Source: Octopus bimaculoides
Lineage: Eukaryota
DNA length: 63,840 nt
Assembly (NCBI RefSeq): GCF_001194135.2
Contig: NC_068992.1
Span: 63,556,856-63,620,695 of the forward strand
Direction of reading: 5' to 3'
The translations under genes and the position numbers were made by a program. Within the stretch, counting starts at the first letter, position 1, and every line of letters begins with the position of its first letter. This document shows, piece after piece, positions 12,959 to 25,539 of this stretch. The notes below the pieces were generated by a model, which worked only from the letters and a program-made list of their open reading frames with translations, made no database searches and was not told the origin of the DNA.

Positions 12959-13149
12959 TATATATTTATGGAAAAAAATGATGGGTTTTTCCATATGAGG
13001 TTTTTTCACGCTAACTACTTGATAAATTCTTATAAAGTATTTATCCTTATATTATATTATGTGTGTGTGTGTGTATGTATGTATGTATTTATGTACGTAT
13101 AGTCAATTCAAATAGGCAAACAATTCAAATTTTAAAAAATGAGAAGAGA

Positions 13150-13300
13150 AAAACAATGAACGTGAGGATGTTCATAAGAAGTATATTAGCTTGACGCTCG
13201 GTGAAAGGAATGAGTTAAACGTTTCGAGCATAGCTCTTCGTCGGAAGGAGAAAGAGAAAGGTCCAAAGAAGGAGGAGAAGGAATCAACAACGGACAACGT
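13150..13300 (-). mobile_element. Penelope-like terminal repeat fragment (GAGC family) with hammerhead-like motif at 13218-13244
   Basis: Minus strand reads CCGACGA-A-GAGC-tat-GCTC-GAAAC-GTT. Flanks align with 32350-32490, 37975-38105 and 49775-49940. Confidence 0.7.
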
Positions 13301-14197
13301 GTAGTTATACATACATATTTATATGTGTGTGTATAACGTATTATTAACGTGTGCGCATGTGAGGGCGTAAATACATATGAAGGTATTAAAGGATTTATGA
13401 ATTGCCATCCAAAAGTTCTTATTAATATATCAAGGTATATATAAATATGCATACACATGTAAACATACGTGAATACACAGACAAAAGACAGGCTTCTGTA
13501 CAGTTTCAGTCAATCAGATTCCACACACATAACCCAAAGTTACAAGAAAAAACATTAGACTGAGTTATCGCGCAGTAGCATTGAACGTGGAATTATCTGG
13601 TTTACGAGCCAGTAGCTTAACCACACAGCTATGCAACTTATTGTCTAGGGCCTCATATTATGAAATACAAACTCCAGGCCTGGCAAGTTTCCTTAAACAT
13701 TTAAATCTATTTTGATTATGGCTTCAGAAGAAAAGTAATTTTTCAAATCGTTAAAAACAATCTCTGATTCAAGAATCGAAATTAATTGAAGAAATTTCGT
13801 AAATCAAAATTATAATTTAAAAAACGAAAGGAAATTTGGATTTGTTGAGAAAGAGTTTAATCATAAAATACGGTTTTCGTTTCGTTCCATCTGAAAGACA
13901 AAAAGAAGCCAATAATGTCTCATTTAATTTTTGTTCTCTAGCAATTAATACGCTTTTCCATTAATAATACAATATAATTTTTATTCAGTTTAAATGAATT
14001 TTGATTTAATAAATTATTATTTGAATAATAAACAAGATAATTTTCACGAATTTTTTTTCTTTCTTTACAAAATTAATATTCATCCAGGATAACTTTGTTT
14101 TGTTTTTTGTTGCCTTTTTTTGGTGGGGTTAGATATTTATTCGATGAAATTATATACAAGGCAGTCAGCTCTTCTTTCGATTCATCGGTCTGAGTAT

Positions 14198-14243
14198 TCG
14201 TGACTGACGAGTCACACCATGTCTAAACACCGGTGTCCCAGAA
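14198..14243 (+). ncRNA. Degenerate hammerhead-like motif
   Basis: CTGACGA-GTCA...TGTC-tAAAC-ACCGGT-GTC. Stem III is the perfect palindrome ACACCGGTGT. G12 is mutated and stem I is poor. Confidence 0.5.
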
Positions 14244-14474
14244 TCCCCTGTACGAATGAATCGAGTGTGTTATTAAAGCTTATTCGTCGTATTGTAAAGG
14301 CGAACACAACAGCGTTTAGCACATTCGCGTTCGAATCTACTGGAACGTGTTAAAAATAAATAAGCCTCATTTTCTCTTCTGTTACACAGTAACTTCTTTA
14401 CTTTAAGTGATAAAGCTGTAGTGTCTCTGCAATTCTGGGAGACCTGTTTTCTTTAAAGGGAAGGCATGTTCTCT

Positions 14475-14530
14475 GATGGTTAGTGTCGCACTCACGATCG
14501 CAAGATCGTGGTTTCGATCCCCAGAACGAG
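14475..14530 (+). mobile_element. Isolated tRNA-like SINE head (family C-like)
   Basis: gatggttagtgtcgcactcacgatcgcaagatcgtggtttcgatccccagaacgag resembles 61185-61245; it has A/B-box-like motifs. Confidence 0.6.
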
Positions 14531-15389
14531 TGGGGAAAGAAAGCAACCGGTTTAAAAAGACACCAACAGACTGCAGCAATTCACCACATTCCAGAAGCTG
14601 CTTTGAACATAATGCAAAACGGTGCATCATCATCTACTGCCCAATCTGATAGAATTCTGGCAGAACCGTGTAGCAACAGATCGCCAGCAATTGCTTCATC
14701 AGAAATTGCCGTCCTACCTCCTGCGAAAAGGAATTATCCTGCTATGTATAATCAAGGCAGCGCAAAAAGTTGTTTTGCACAAGCATTTGTATAGCCAATT
14801 AGACGGATGAAATTTACGTACACTTAATAATGTTACACAAAACAGCCTTCAGACTTTCCCTATTAATTNNNNNNNNNNNNNNNNNNNNNNNNNNNNNNNN
14901 NNNNNNNNNNNNNNNNNNNNNNNNNNNNNNNNNNNNNNNNNNNNNNNNNNNNNNNNNNNNNNNNNNNNNNNNNNNNNNNNNNNNNNNNNNNNNNNNNNNN
15001 NNNNNNNNNNNNNNNNNNNNNNNNNNNNNNNNNNNNNNNNNNNNNNNNNNNNNNNNNNNNNNNNNNNNNNNNNNNNNNNNNNNNNNNNNNNNNNNNNNNN
15101 NNNNNNNNNNNNNNNNNNNNNNNNNNNNNNNNNNNNNNNNNNNNNNNNNNNNNNNNNNNNNNNNNNNNNNNNNNNNNNNNNNNNNNNNNNNNNNNNNNNN
15201 NNNNNNNNNNNNNNNNNNNNNNNNNNNNNNNNNNNGGATCTCGGCGGAATTCGAACTCAGACCAGAAGACGTGCTAACGATTCCGCCAGCTCGCAGCCTT
15301 TTATAACTTAGACATCTTAGATTGGTTTCGGCCATTATCGGCTAAGGCCATGATTAAGTCATTAGCACAAACTGCAAAAGTCTTTTAGT

Positions 15390-15820
15390 TGATTATTTCA
15401 GGACACCATGGACGACTCAAGCAGAGAGTTGTTGGCTGAGGCGTATCCAAGTGTAGGTGGTTTATCCGGTATTTCCTGGAGGAATTTGTCCAGGTACCGT
15501 TGTGGGGTCTTTTTCTACTTTAATTTCTTTCGGAATAACATTGAAAAGAGCAGGACCATTTGCACTGAAGAAAGCGTGCCGCAATGTTCTTATGTGATGT
15601 AGTGTCGCCCTCTGTAGGGGACTCATTGCATTGTAGGAGACGCATTGTAAGGGACGCATTGCACGGGGCCCAGTCTTGAGTGAATTGTAAACATAATACC
15701 GATATCATTTGGATAATATTGGTGGAATATTTTCCACGTGGTTCAAATAATGTATCGCTCACGGTGGCGTTGCAGGGAATAGAGTTTCAGCTGTTTAAGT
15801 CGAACCCAGTAATCAAGTCC
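15390..15820 (-). mobile_element. CR1/L2-clade LINE, 3' end of ORF2 (5'-truncated, frameshifted)
   Basis: Minus translation gives DLDYWVRLKQLKLYSLQRHRERY, HIRTLRHAFFSANGPALFNVIPKEIK and EIPDKPPTLGYASANNSLL, typical RT C-terminal motifs of this clade. Confidence 0.9.
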
Positions 15821-15849
15821 TGTCTATATGTATAGTATAGCGGCTTCAA

Positions 15850-16040
15850 ATTTTGGCATAAGGCCAACAGGTTTGGAGGAGGGCCGATGTCAATTAAGTC
15901 GACCCCAGTGTTCAACTGGTAATTATTTTAAGACGAAAGGCAAAGTCGACCCCGGTAGAATTTGAACAGGGAGCATAAAGACAAACAAAATGCCGCCAGC
16001 ATTTCGCGCGGTGTGCTAACGATTCCACCAGCTGGCCGTC
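15850..16040 (-). mobile_element. SINE family A
   Basis: gtcgaccccagtgttcaactgg...aaggcaaagtcgacc...gtgctaacgattccaccagct. Confidence 0.9.
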
Positions 16041-16126
16041 TTGTATATAGTGACGTAAATATGTAAGCAACATCGGTGTTAAGTTTTCCAAAGATGTTAT
16101 TTCGATACTATAGGATGTGTGTGTGT

Positions 16127-16177
<51 letters not shown>

Positions 16178-17412
16178 TGTGTATGTGTGTAGACGCTATA
16201 AAAACAATCATGCGAAAAATTCAAAACAAAATGTGGCATTATGGAATATTTATGGATNNNNNNNNNNNNNNNNNNNNNNNNNNNNNNNNNNNNNNNNNNN
16301 NNNNNNNNNNNNNNNNNNNNNNNNNNNNNNNNNNNNNNNNNNNNNNNNNNNNNNNNNNNNNNNNNNNNNNNNNNNNNNNNNNNNNNNNNNNNNNNNNNNN
16401 NNNNNNNNNNNNNNNNNNNNNNNNNNNNNNNNNNNNNNNNNNNNNNNNNNNNNNNNNNNNNNNNNNNNNNNNNNNNNNNNNNNNNNNNNNNNNNNNNNNN
16501 NNNNNNNNNNNNNNNNNNNNNNNNNNNNNNNNNNNNNNNNNNNNNNNNNNNNNNNNNNNNNNNNNNNNNNNNNNNNNNNNNNNNNNNNNNNNNNNNNNNN
16601 NNNNNNNNNNNNNNNNNNNNNNNNNNNNNNNNNNNNNNNNNNNNNNNNNNNNNNNNNNNNNNNNNNNNNNNNNNNNNNNNNNNNNNNNNNNNNNNNNNNN
16701 NNNNNNNNNNNNNNNNNNNNNNNNNNNNNNNNNNNNNNNNNNNNNNNNNNNNNNNNNNNNNNNNNNNNNNNNNNNNNNNNNNNNNNNNNNNNNNNNNNNN
16801 NNNNNNNNNNNNNNNNNNNNNNNNNNNNNNNNNNNNNNNNNNNNNNNNNNNNNNNNNNNNNNNNNNNNNNNNNNNNNNNNNNNNNNNNNNNNNNNNNNNN
16901 NNNNNNNNNNNNNNNNNNNNNNNNNNNNNNNNNNNNNNNNNNNNNNNNNNNNNNNNNNNNNNNNNNNNNNNNNNNNNNNNNNNNNNNNNNATATATATGT
17001 ATGTATGTATGTATATATGTATGTATGTATGTATGTATGTTTGTATGTATAAAACAAATAAGGAGAATTATACACCTAGACGGTTTTTATTATTAGAGTC
17101 ATTTCTACAGTATCCATTTTTTTAAAAATGAGTGTGTGAAATAATTGTTTCTGCAGAGAGTTTAAATGCATTTTTAAAATCCAAACTATTAATTATTATG
17201 TGTTATGTTATAAACATTAGATATCATGTAATATATATGAAAAAACTTGGGTAAGCATCCTGTATAGCTTCCCAGATATTCATGTGTATGCATCAGCAAC
17301 TTGTATGAGTAATATATCCATATGTATATATATATGTGTGTGTGTGCAAGTATATATATATATATATATATAGATATATGGATATGGATATCTACTTATA
17401 TAAATAAATGCT

Positions 17413-17596
17413 TATTGGTTTCAAAGTTTGGTACTAGACCAGGAATTTCAGGGGAAGGGGTAAGTCAGTTGGTACTTATTTTATCGACCAGGCAAAGTCG
17501 ACTTTGGGGGAATTTGAACTCAGAATGTAAAGAAGGACGAAATGCCGCTAAGCATTTCGCCCTCCGTGCTAACGACTCTGCCAGCATGTCGCCTTT
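17413..17596 (-). mobile_element. SINE family A with internal deletions
   Basis: ggtacttattttatcgacc, ggaatttgaactcagaatgtaaag, gctaacgactctgccagc. Confidence 0.9.
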
Positions 17597-17610
17597 ATGT
17601 AGATTGATGA

Positions 17611-17655
<45 letters not shown>

Positions 17656-18290
17656 TGTGCGTTTGTNNNNNNNNNNNNNNNNNNNNNNNNNNNNNNNNNN
17701 NNNNNNNNNNNNNNNNNNNNNNNNNNNNNNNNNNNNNNNNNNNNNNNNNNNNNNNNNNNNNNNNNNATATATATATACATATACCCACTTATAAGTTGAG
17801 TATATGTGTGTGTTTTTGTGTGTTTGTGTGTGTGTATGTGTGTGTGCGTGTGTGTGTGTGTATGCGTGTGTGTACGTGTCGGTATTGCTACACTAAAAAA
17901 TATCTCATTACTACAATTCTCCGCACGATATCCATTTCTTCACGACAATTTATAAATATCCAAAAGCTTAGAATGACATTTACTTGATTTCCTCAATACA
18001 ATCCTCTCTCGGGAGATTCTTACATCGTTTTGATAATGGTGTCTTAAGAAATATTTCTGTTGATCGATGCTGAGGAAGTATATGTGGATTTGACAAAAAC
18101 ACTTGTTCATTTCGAAATAACATAACCAGCAAAGAATTATAATGCGATGTCTTTGGTAGTTCGTATCTGGTAACCATCACTGTGATTTGACTAGGCCAGA
18201 CGTTTTGACAGATGATATTATTCGTTTGTATCGACTCTTCTGCTTGAAAGGCCGGAAGGACGAAAGGAAAACTTGACCTCGGCAGTATTA

Positions 18291-18790
18291 GCACTTTATA
18301 GTGCATCTGAGAACTTGTAGTGCACTTGAGTACTTCAAGTAAACCTGAGCACTTTGTAGAGCATCTGAGCACTCTGTAGTGCACTTGAGCATTTTGTAAT
18401 GCATGAGCATTTCGTAATGCGTCTGAGCACCTTGTAGTGCGTCTGAGCACCTTGTAATGCATCCGAGCACCTTGTAATGCATCTGAGCACTTGTAGTGCG
18501 TCTGAGCACTTTATAGTGCATCTGAGCACTTTATAGTGCGTCTGAGCACTTTATAGTGCGTCTGAGCCCTTTGTTGAACCACCAGCATTTTGCAGTACAT
18601 CTGAGCACTTAGTAGTGCACTTTGTAGTGCACCTGAGCACTTTGTAGTGCACCTGAGTACTTTGTAGTGCACCTGTGTACATTGTAGTGCAACTAAGCAC
18701 TTTGTAATGCATCTGAGCAATTTATTGTGCACTTAAGTACTTTGTAGTGCACCTGAGCACTTGTGGTACTTGTAGTGAACCTGAGAACTG
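18291..18790. repeat. 20-21-bp minisatellite, about 24 units (gcactttgtagtgcatctga)
   Basis: Tandem gagcactttgtagtgcacct variants read directly from the sequence. Confidence 0.95.
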
Positions 18791-18904
18791 TATACAACAA
18801 GTCCATTATATTTCAATACCCTTAAGTACTTTTCTTCGCATTCACTCAAATCGCCCAAATCTGCAATTCTTGAAATGCTTAATATAATTCTTTCCAGTCA
18901 AGGA

Positions 18905-19145
18905 TCAAGGCCTAAAATTTGGAGAGGAATGTTGTCGATGTTGAATCCCCATTTGCTTGTTGGTACTTATTTTATCGACCCTGAAAGAATGAAAGGCGAA
19001 GTCAATCTAATTGGAATTTGAACTCAGAACGTAAAGACAGAAAAAATGTCCACTTCGGTGGAATCTTAACTCAGAGCGTATGGATTGACGAAAAGCCGCT
19101 CAGAATTTTGTCTGACGTTCCGACCAGTCAGCCTGTTCGCCGTTT
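18905..19145 (-). mobile_element. SINE family A with an internal duplication of the B-box segment
   Basis: ggaatttgaactcagaacgta is followed by ggaatcttaactcagagcgta. Confidence 0.8.
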
Positions 19146-19339
19146 GTTATGTGTTTATAATAAAACTACTTAATTCTTGGTGAATGTAATTAAGAAAATC
19201 TACGGAATGGGGTGGGAGTTAACCACAACGAACTGACATGGATACTTCGATACAGTTCTTCCGATCTGTTACATATAGCAGCGAAATCTCCCTCAAAATA
19301 TATTAAAATAACACGTACACCATTTTGGTTCTAGATATA

Positions 19340-19354
19340 CAACGGCTGTTGCTG

Positions 19355-19431
<77 letters not shown>

Positions 19432-19492
19432 GAAGTTATTGATGCTGTAGCTGCGGTTACTACTACTTGTACTGCCACAACAACTGCTACTT

Positions 19493-19540
<48 letters not shown>

Positions 19541-19625
19541 TTACTACTACTACTACTACTACTACTGCAGCTGCCTCTGCTGCTGTTGCTGCTGCTTTTG
19601 TTGTTGCTGCTGTTGCTGCTGCTCC
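19340..19625. repeat. (CTA)n/(CTG)n compound microsatellite
   Basis: Direct reading. Confidence 0.95.
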
Positions 19626-19778
19626 TATAAAGGGTGAACGACCTGATTTGAATTTCAGGTCTATTTGAGGCCCTTTTCCTTCTACAGACAAATATGCAGC
19701 TAATAGCTTTATCAGCTCACCATTTTGGGAAGTATCAGCAACAGAGACAAAATGTGCACTAACTAGGTGAAATATATA

Positions 19779-21020
19779 CAGGGTGCCGAAGAGATCTGAG
19801 GACAGATTTATGGTTTTAAAATAACGCTTATATAATAAAAAAAAAACTGTATTTTTATAAAAATAATATAAACATAAAGCTAAATAATCAATTTAATAAT
19901 TTAATTCAATAAAACCACCATAAGCATCAATAAATGCCTCTACGTGGGCTCGAAATCATTTACAAGCTCGGATTAACTGATTCTTGTTCATATCTGACAC
20001 GACTCGAACTATGGTGGCTTTCAAAGAATCTTTGGTGCTATGGAGGTGTTCATTGATATTTTTCTCAACGATGCTTTATATCTAGTAGTCTAGTGAATTG
20101 AGATCTAGAGAATTAGGAGGCCAAATGTTGGGAGTGATGTGATCATGCAAATTGTCGGCCATCCGTTCTTGTGTTATTTGAGTCTTGTGTGATGGTGCAA
20201 AATTTTGTTGAAAGACACAAGGCCTTCCATTGCATACATTGTTGATCCAAGGCTTAACAACTTTATCCAGAACCCTTATATACGCAGCAGTATTCATCCT
20301 AAGACCTTGAGAAAAAAAGTGAGGAGACATCACATGTCCTTCATAAACATTTTGTGTGCATTACTCTTGGAACCTCAGAAGGGTCTGCACATAGCCAACT
20401 GTCATTTCTTCTGTTAGTTTTCTGGTCCTGCTCAAAGTTTTTCTCATCTGAGAAAAAACAAACCACACCATCTTCCGATGGATTTTTAAGTTTGTTCAAA
20501 AGTCTTTTGGATCTGATTAAACGGTTTTCTTTTGTTTTGTTTTTTTTCTTACATGAATTGACCTCTCCTCGTCACGTAAGATTTGTGTCTGATGTCTTCA
20601 TGCACAACATTTCTGATTGTTTGTTTTTTTCTGACAAACGAAAAGTTTCTGCAATTGACCTCATTGATTTTCTTGGATTGTCTTCAATGTTTTGCTTAAC
20701 TTCCTGCATAAATTCAGGTGTCCTGATAGAATCAAAGCGTTTGGAATGTTTTGTACGCTTTGGTACAGGTAATACGCTTCCATCTTCTTTCTCTGACTCA
20801 CACCGAATCTTGTGGACAAAAGATCTTGCAACTTTCAGAAAACGAGAAATTTTTAAATCATCATTCTTAACCTTCAAAGCCACAACCAAAGCATTCTTTT
20901 TGATTTCCTTTGTAAGCATATGGTCTGTGATTGTTATTTTCTGAAATAGAAGTTCAATAAAAGTTAGTCAAATAAAATAATAACTAAAAATACGTGTCCT
21001 CAAATACCGTCCGCACCCAA
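19779..21020 (-). mobile_element. Tc1/mariner-superfamily DD37D (maT-like) transposon, decayed and internally deleted
   Basis: Diverged TIRs ta|cagggtgccgaagagatctgaggaca and tgtcctcaaataccgtccgcacccaa|ta. N-terminal HTH ORF at 20572-20919, FFSDEKNF, and FQQN...WPPNSLDLNSLDY with 37 residues between catalytic positions 2 and 3 (second D is N in this copy). Confidence 0.9.
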
Positions 21021-21516
21021 TATACAGGCAATCCCACAGGCAGCCTTCGATCTGTTCTACCTAAGGAGATTTTTAACAGTATCGTATTGGCCAAAACATT
21101 AAGGTTGCTTCACACTTCACTCTTGGTGTTCCGTAATTATTCTTAAACTTGTTTTTAAGAATAACTTTAACTTACCACACCGTCAAACACATACGCGCAC
21201 AAATACTGTGCGCGTATAAGAATTTTTATGCGTAAAAATATGTGCATAAAAGAATTTTATGCATATATATACATAAATATTCATACATGTAGATATGCAT
21301 ATATACATACATATACACATGTATGTATATGTATATATGTGGGGGGTTGTATGTATGTATAAATGCATAAACATTCATTCACAGAATCACGTGTGCATGT
21401 ACTAAAAAATAAATGTAGTTGCCATATGTATTTATACCTGTTTGCGTGTATATGTATATATTATATACACATTAATATACGTATATGTATGTATCTACAT
21501 ATCTATATCTATCTAT

Positions 21517-21572
<56 letters not shown>

Positions 21573-21671
21573 GGAGGGAGAGAGAGAGGGAGGGAGAGAG
21601 AGAGAAAGAGATATATTTTTTTTCAGTTATATTATGTATATGTACGTTTATATATAGATATATATACATAC

Positions 21672-21720
<49 letters not shown>

Positions 21721-22476
21721 NNNNNNNNNNNNNNNNNNNNNNNNNNNNNNNNNNNNNNNNNNNNNNNNNNNNNNNNNNNNNNNNNNNNNNNNNNNNNNNN
21801 NNNNNNNNNNNNNNNNNNNNNNNNNNNNNNNNNNNNNNNNNNNNNNNNNNNNNNNNNNNNNNNNNNNNNNNNNNNNNNNNNNNNNNNNNNNNNNNNNNNN
21901 NNNNNNNNNNNNNNNNNNNNNNNNNNNNNNNNNNNNNNNNNNNNNNNNNNNNNNNNNNNNNNNNNNNNNNNNNNNNNTATATATATGTATATATATGTAT
22001 GTATGTGTGTGTGTGTATGAATGAATTTGTGTGTGTATATGCACACTGAAGCGTTCTGTTACAGACTAAAGTGTACATGGACGTAAGTGTTGACGATGTG
22101 GCATGTAAGAGTGAATGTTTTTCTCTTTAACTTTTTATAGTTTGATTATGTTTCACTGCAAAGTTTGCTCTGTGAAATATATCAAGATTCAACAGAAGCG
22201 TATTAAAGTTGTTAGTGTGTCAGGACTAATTCTATGTTCTGTCGTCGTGTTTATTATTTTTAACTGATTTCTGTCATAAGCACAAGGACACTGGGTTTGC
22301 GGTAGGAGGGAGTGTTTGACGAGTGTGGGGTGGGGGGATAATAAAGTAATCAGCTATTCTGAATCCTGTAACTGACTGGTGTTTATGCAATGAGTCCTCA
22401 GAAAGGTGAAAAAAAAAAAAAGGAAATTCGACGACAGCGATATTTGAACTCAAATCCTTGCTTAGCTATAGCTATA

Positions 22477-22696
22477 CGAGGGTGCTGAAAAGTTCCTGGC
22501 GTTAAGGGTATCACGGAAGACCTTGTTGGAGGCCCAACCTTCCGAGTTCTTTTACAATGCATAGAAAAACTGAAGGACCGCTGCGAAAAGTGTGTGAATC
22601 TGGGAGGGGAACATGTTGAATACGATCATAATTAACTTATCCTCCTGTATTTTCTTTTAACCCAAAGCCAGGAACTTTTCAGCACCTCCTCATCCG
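22477..22696 (+). mobile_element. Mariner-derived MITE, copy 1
   Basis: TIR ta|cgagggtgctgaaaagttcctggc...aagccaggaacttttcagcacc. The interior retains mariner C-terminal codons (EKLKDRC.KCVNL.GE.VE*). Confidence 0.85.
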
Positions 22697-22701
22697 TAAA
22701 T

Positions 22702-22741
<40 letters not shown>

Positions 22742-22780
22742 GTGTGTGTGTATATTTATGTATGTATACATGTATATATA

Positions 22781-22999
22781 CTAGGGGCTGCTGAAGAGTT
22801 CTTGACTTTAAGGGTATCTTGAAAAGTCTAGTTGAAGGCCCAACCGTCCGTGTTCTTTTACAGTGCTTGGAAAAGATGAAGGATTGCTGCAATAAGCACG
22901 TGAATGTGAGAGGTGTGTATGTTGAATAAAATCATAATTAACGGATCCTCCTGTATTTTCTTTTACCGAAAGCCAGGATCTTTCCAGCAGCACCCTTGC
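22781..22999 (+). mobile_element. Mariner-derived MITE, copy 2
   Basis: Same TIRs and interior as 22477-22696, separated from it by a (CA)/(TA) microsatellite. Confidence 0.85.
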
Positions 23000-23066
23000 A
23001 CTGTATGGCTCATGATCCACCTTTCTACCGATTCCGCTAAATCAGAACTTGAAGACTGGAAGCGGA

Positions 23067-23590
23067 AATCATCGGCGCTTCGTCGCTGCTAAATATTTAT
23101 TTTTTCGTTTGTTCTTCCTCATTTACGTCGGTGTCATTGATGGCTAAGAAGACCGAGTCTTGCGTCAAACAATAATCGACAGAGGTCACATCGTGTGGTA
23201 GGTGGAAGTCTTAGAGACAGTTGGCAGGTTTCTTCATCACAACCGTTTATCGTCCTTATTTATTCGACGTTGTTCTTCAAAATCTTCTACGCCATTCTTG
23301 ATGTCGTGATGCCACATTTTTCTGCATTCTGAATGTTGCTCCCAATATTTAGGATTAATTGATTGTGCTTTCATCGTCTATTTCGATTGGTGTTTGTAGC
23401 GTCTTATGGGGCAATTGCGTGATGTCTTACCGGTGCTGAGTTCACTGTGGAGGATTTGACGTAACCGTCTGAGGTTATTCATGCAGCAGACATAACTTGC
23501 ATATCTGAAGTAAAATTTGGTGATGCTGGCCTCCGTGTTGTTGGCTTTGGGTCCTTCAGGGACTGCAAAATTGTTAGCACAGTTATCCCA
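23067..23590 (-). mobile_element. RTE-clade LINE, 3' end
   Basis: Minus translation gives EASITKFYFRYASYVCCMNNLRRLRQILHSELSTGKTSRNCPIRRYKHQSK (compare QLRWAGHV.RM...RLPK.ILY.EL..GKR.RG.P..RYKD.LK), then a C-terminal C..C...LGLLSH motif and a gcgacgaagcgccgatgat end. Confidence 0.85.
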
Positions 23591-24138
23591 TAATAATAGA
23601 TGTTTTGAGAATTATAAACGAAAGATATAGACGGCAGAAAACCTACACAAATACCTGGGTTTTACATATAAGCACAACAGAGCACAACAGAGGGGAAATA
23701 GACACAGTACAATACAATAGATTGGTAAAGGGGAACAAATCTATTTTCGTGCCCCGAGGTGGTGCTGGTGCATATAGTGACGCTAGTGTTGCATGTGATG
23801 GTCGTTGTGGTGGATGAGTTAGTAGATGTGGTACTGCTGCAGGTGGTGGTGGTGGTGGTGGCGCTGCTGCTACTACCTCTGCTACTGCTGCTACTTCTGC
23901 TGCTGCTGGTGGTATTGGAGGGATTTTAATATTCAAGTGTGTTGAACAACCCCCACCCATTCCATCTTTTTAGGGGATAACCCCCAAAATAGTCACTGGA
24001 TCCTCTTTGGCTCTCGAACTCTCAGAGTAATGTACTGGATCAAGACAACTCTCATTGGCCCTGACTGCACACATGTGTGTCCCAACGTGTACAATATGAC
24101 ATATGACACTAAAAGATATTGCATACACACAAGCACAC

Positions 24139-24194
<56 letters not shown>

Positions 24195-25042
24195 NNNNNN
24201 NNNNNNNNNNNNNNNNNNNNNNNNNNNNNNNNNNNNNNNNNNNNNNNNNNNNNNNNNNNNNNNNNNNNNNNNNNNNNNNNNNNNNNNNNNNNNNNNNNNN
24301 NNNNNNNNNNNNNNNNNNNNNNNNNNNNNNNNNNNNNNNNNNNNNNNNNNNNNNNNNNNNNNNNNNNNNNNNNNNNNNNNNNNNNNNNNNNNNNNNNNNN
24401 NNNNNNNNNNNNNNNNNNNNNNNNNNNNNNNNNNNNNNNNNNNNNNNNNNNNNNNNNNNNNNNNNNNNNNNNNNNNNNNNNNNNNNNNNNNNNNNNNNNN
24501 NNNNNNNNNNNNNNNNNNNNNNNNNNNNNNNNNNNNNNNNNNNNNNNNNNNNNNNNNNNNNNNNNNNNNNNNNNNNNNNNNNNNNNNNNNNNNNNNNNNN
24601 NNNNNNNNNNNNNNNNNNNNNNNNNNNNNNNNNNNNNNNNNNNNNNNNNNNNNNNNNNNNNNNNNNNNNNNNNNNNNNNNNNNNNNNNNNNNNNNNNNNN
24701 NNNNNNNNNNNNNNNNNNNNNNNNNNNNNNNNNNNNNNNNNNNNNNNNNNNNNNNNNNNNNNNNNNNNNNNNNNNNNNNNNNNNNNNNNNNNNNNNNNNN
24801 NNNNNNNNNNNNNNNNNNNNNNNNNNNNNNNNNNNNNNNNNNNNNNNNNNNNNNNNNNNNNNNNNNNNNNNNNNNNNNNNNNNNNNNNNNNNNNNNNNNN
24901 NNNNNNNNNNNNNNNNNNNNNNNNNNNNNNNNNNNNNNNNNNNNNNNNNNNNNNNNNNNNNNNNNNNNNNNNNNNNNNNNNNNNNNNNNNNNNNNNNNNN
25001 NNNNNNNNNNNNNNNNNNNNNNNNNNNNNNNNNNNNNNNNNN

Positions 25043-25098
<56 letters not shown>

Positions 25099-25109
25099 AT
25101 ATATCCATA

Positions 25110-25483
25110 TAGGTACCGGCGTGGCTGTGTGGTAAGAAGTTTTCTTTCCAACTACATAGTTCTAGGTTTAGTCCTACTGCGAGGTACCTTGAACAGATGT
25201 CTTTTACTATAACCTCGAGTTGACCAAATGCTTCTGAGTGGATTTGGTAAATTGAAACTGAAAGAAGCCCGTCGTATAAATACGTGTATCTTGGTATTAG
25301 TTCCCCATCAGCGTTTGATAACCAGTGTTTACACTCCCGTAGAGGTTCGACAAAAAGAAACTGAGAGAATAAATTTAGAAAAAACAATAGTACTGAGGGA
25401 AGATTTCTTCGATTAAAACAGTCAAAGCTGTGCTCCAGCTTGGTCGCGGTTTAATAGCTGAAACAGGTAGAAAATAAAAGATA
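25110..25483 (+). mobile_element. SINE family B, old full-length copy
   Basis: Head gtggctgtgtggtaagaag, central gaaactgaaagaagcccgtcg, tail gctgaaacaggtagaaaataaaaga. Confidence 0.85.
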
Positions 25484-25539
25484 CGTCTTGTTAAATATTT
25501 TCGTGATTGAATAATAGAGTTGCAAAACTCAAGTTGATT

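Noticed and set aside
17980-18462. 160-aa minus-strand ORF, and a faint plus-strand RT-like YVDLTKTL motif at ~18080
   Set aside because: The ORF start is the minisatellite and the rest is unrecognisable. The RT resemblance is too weak to call.
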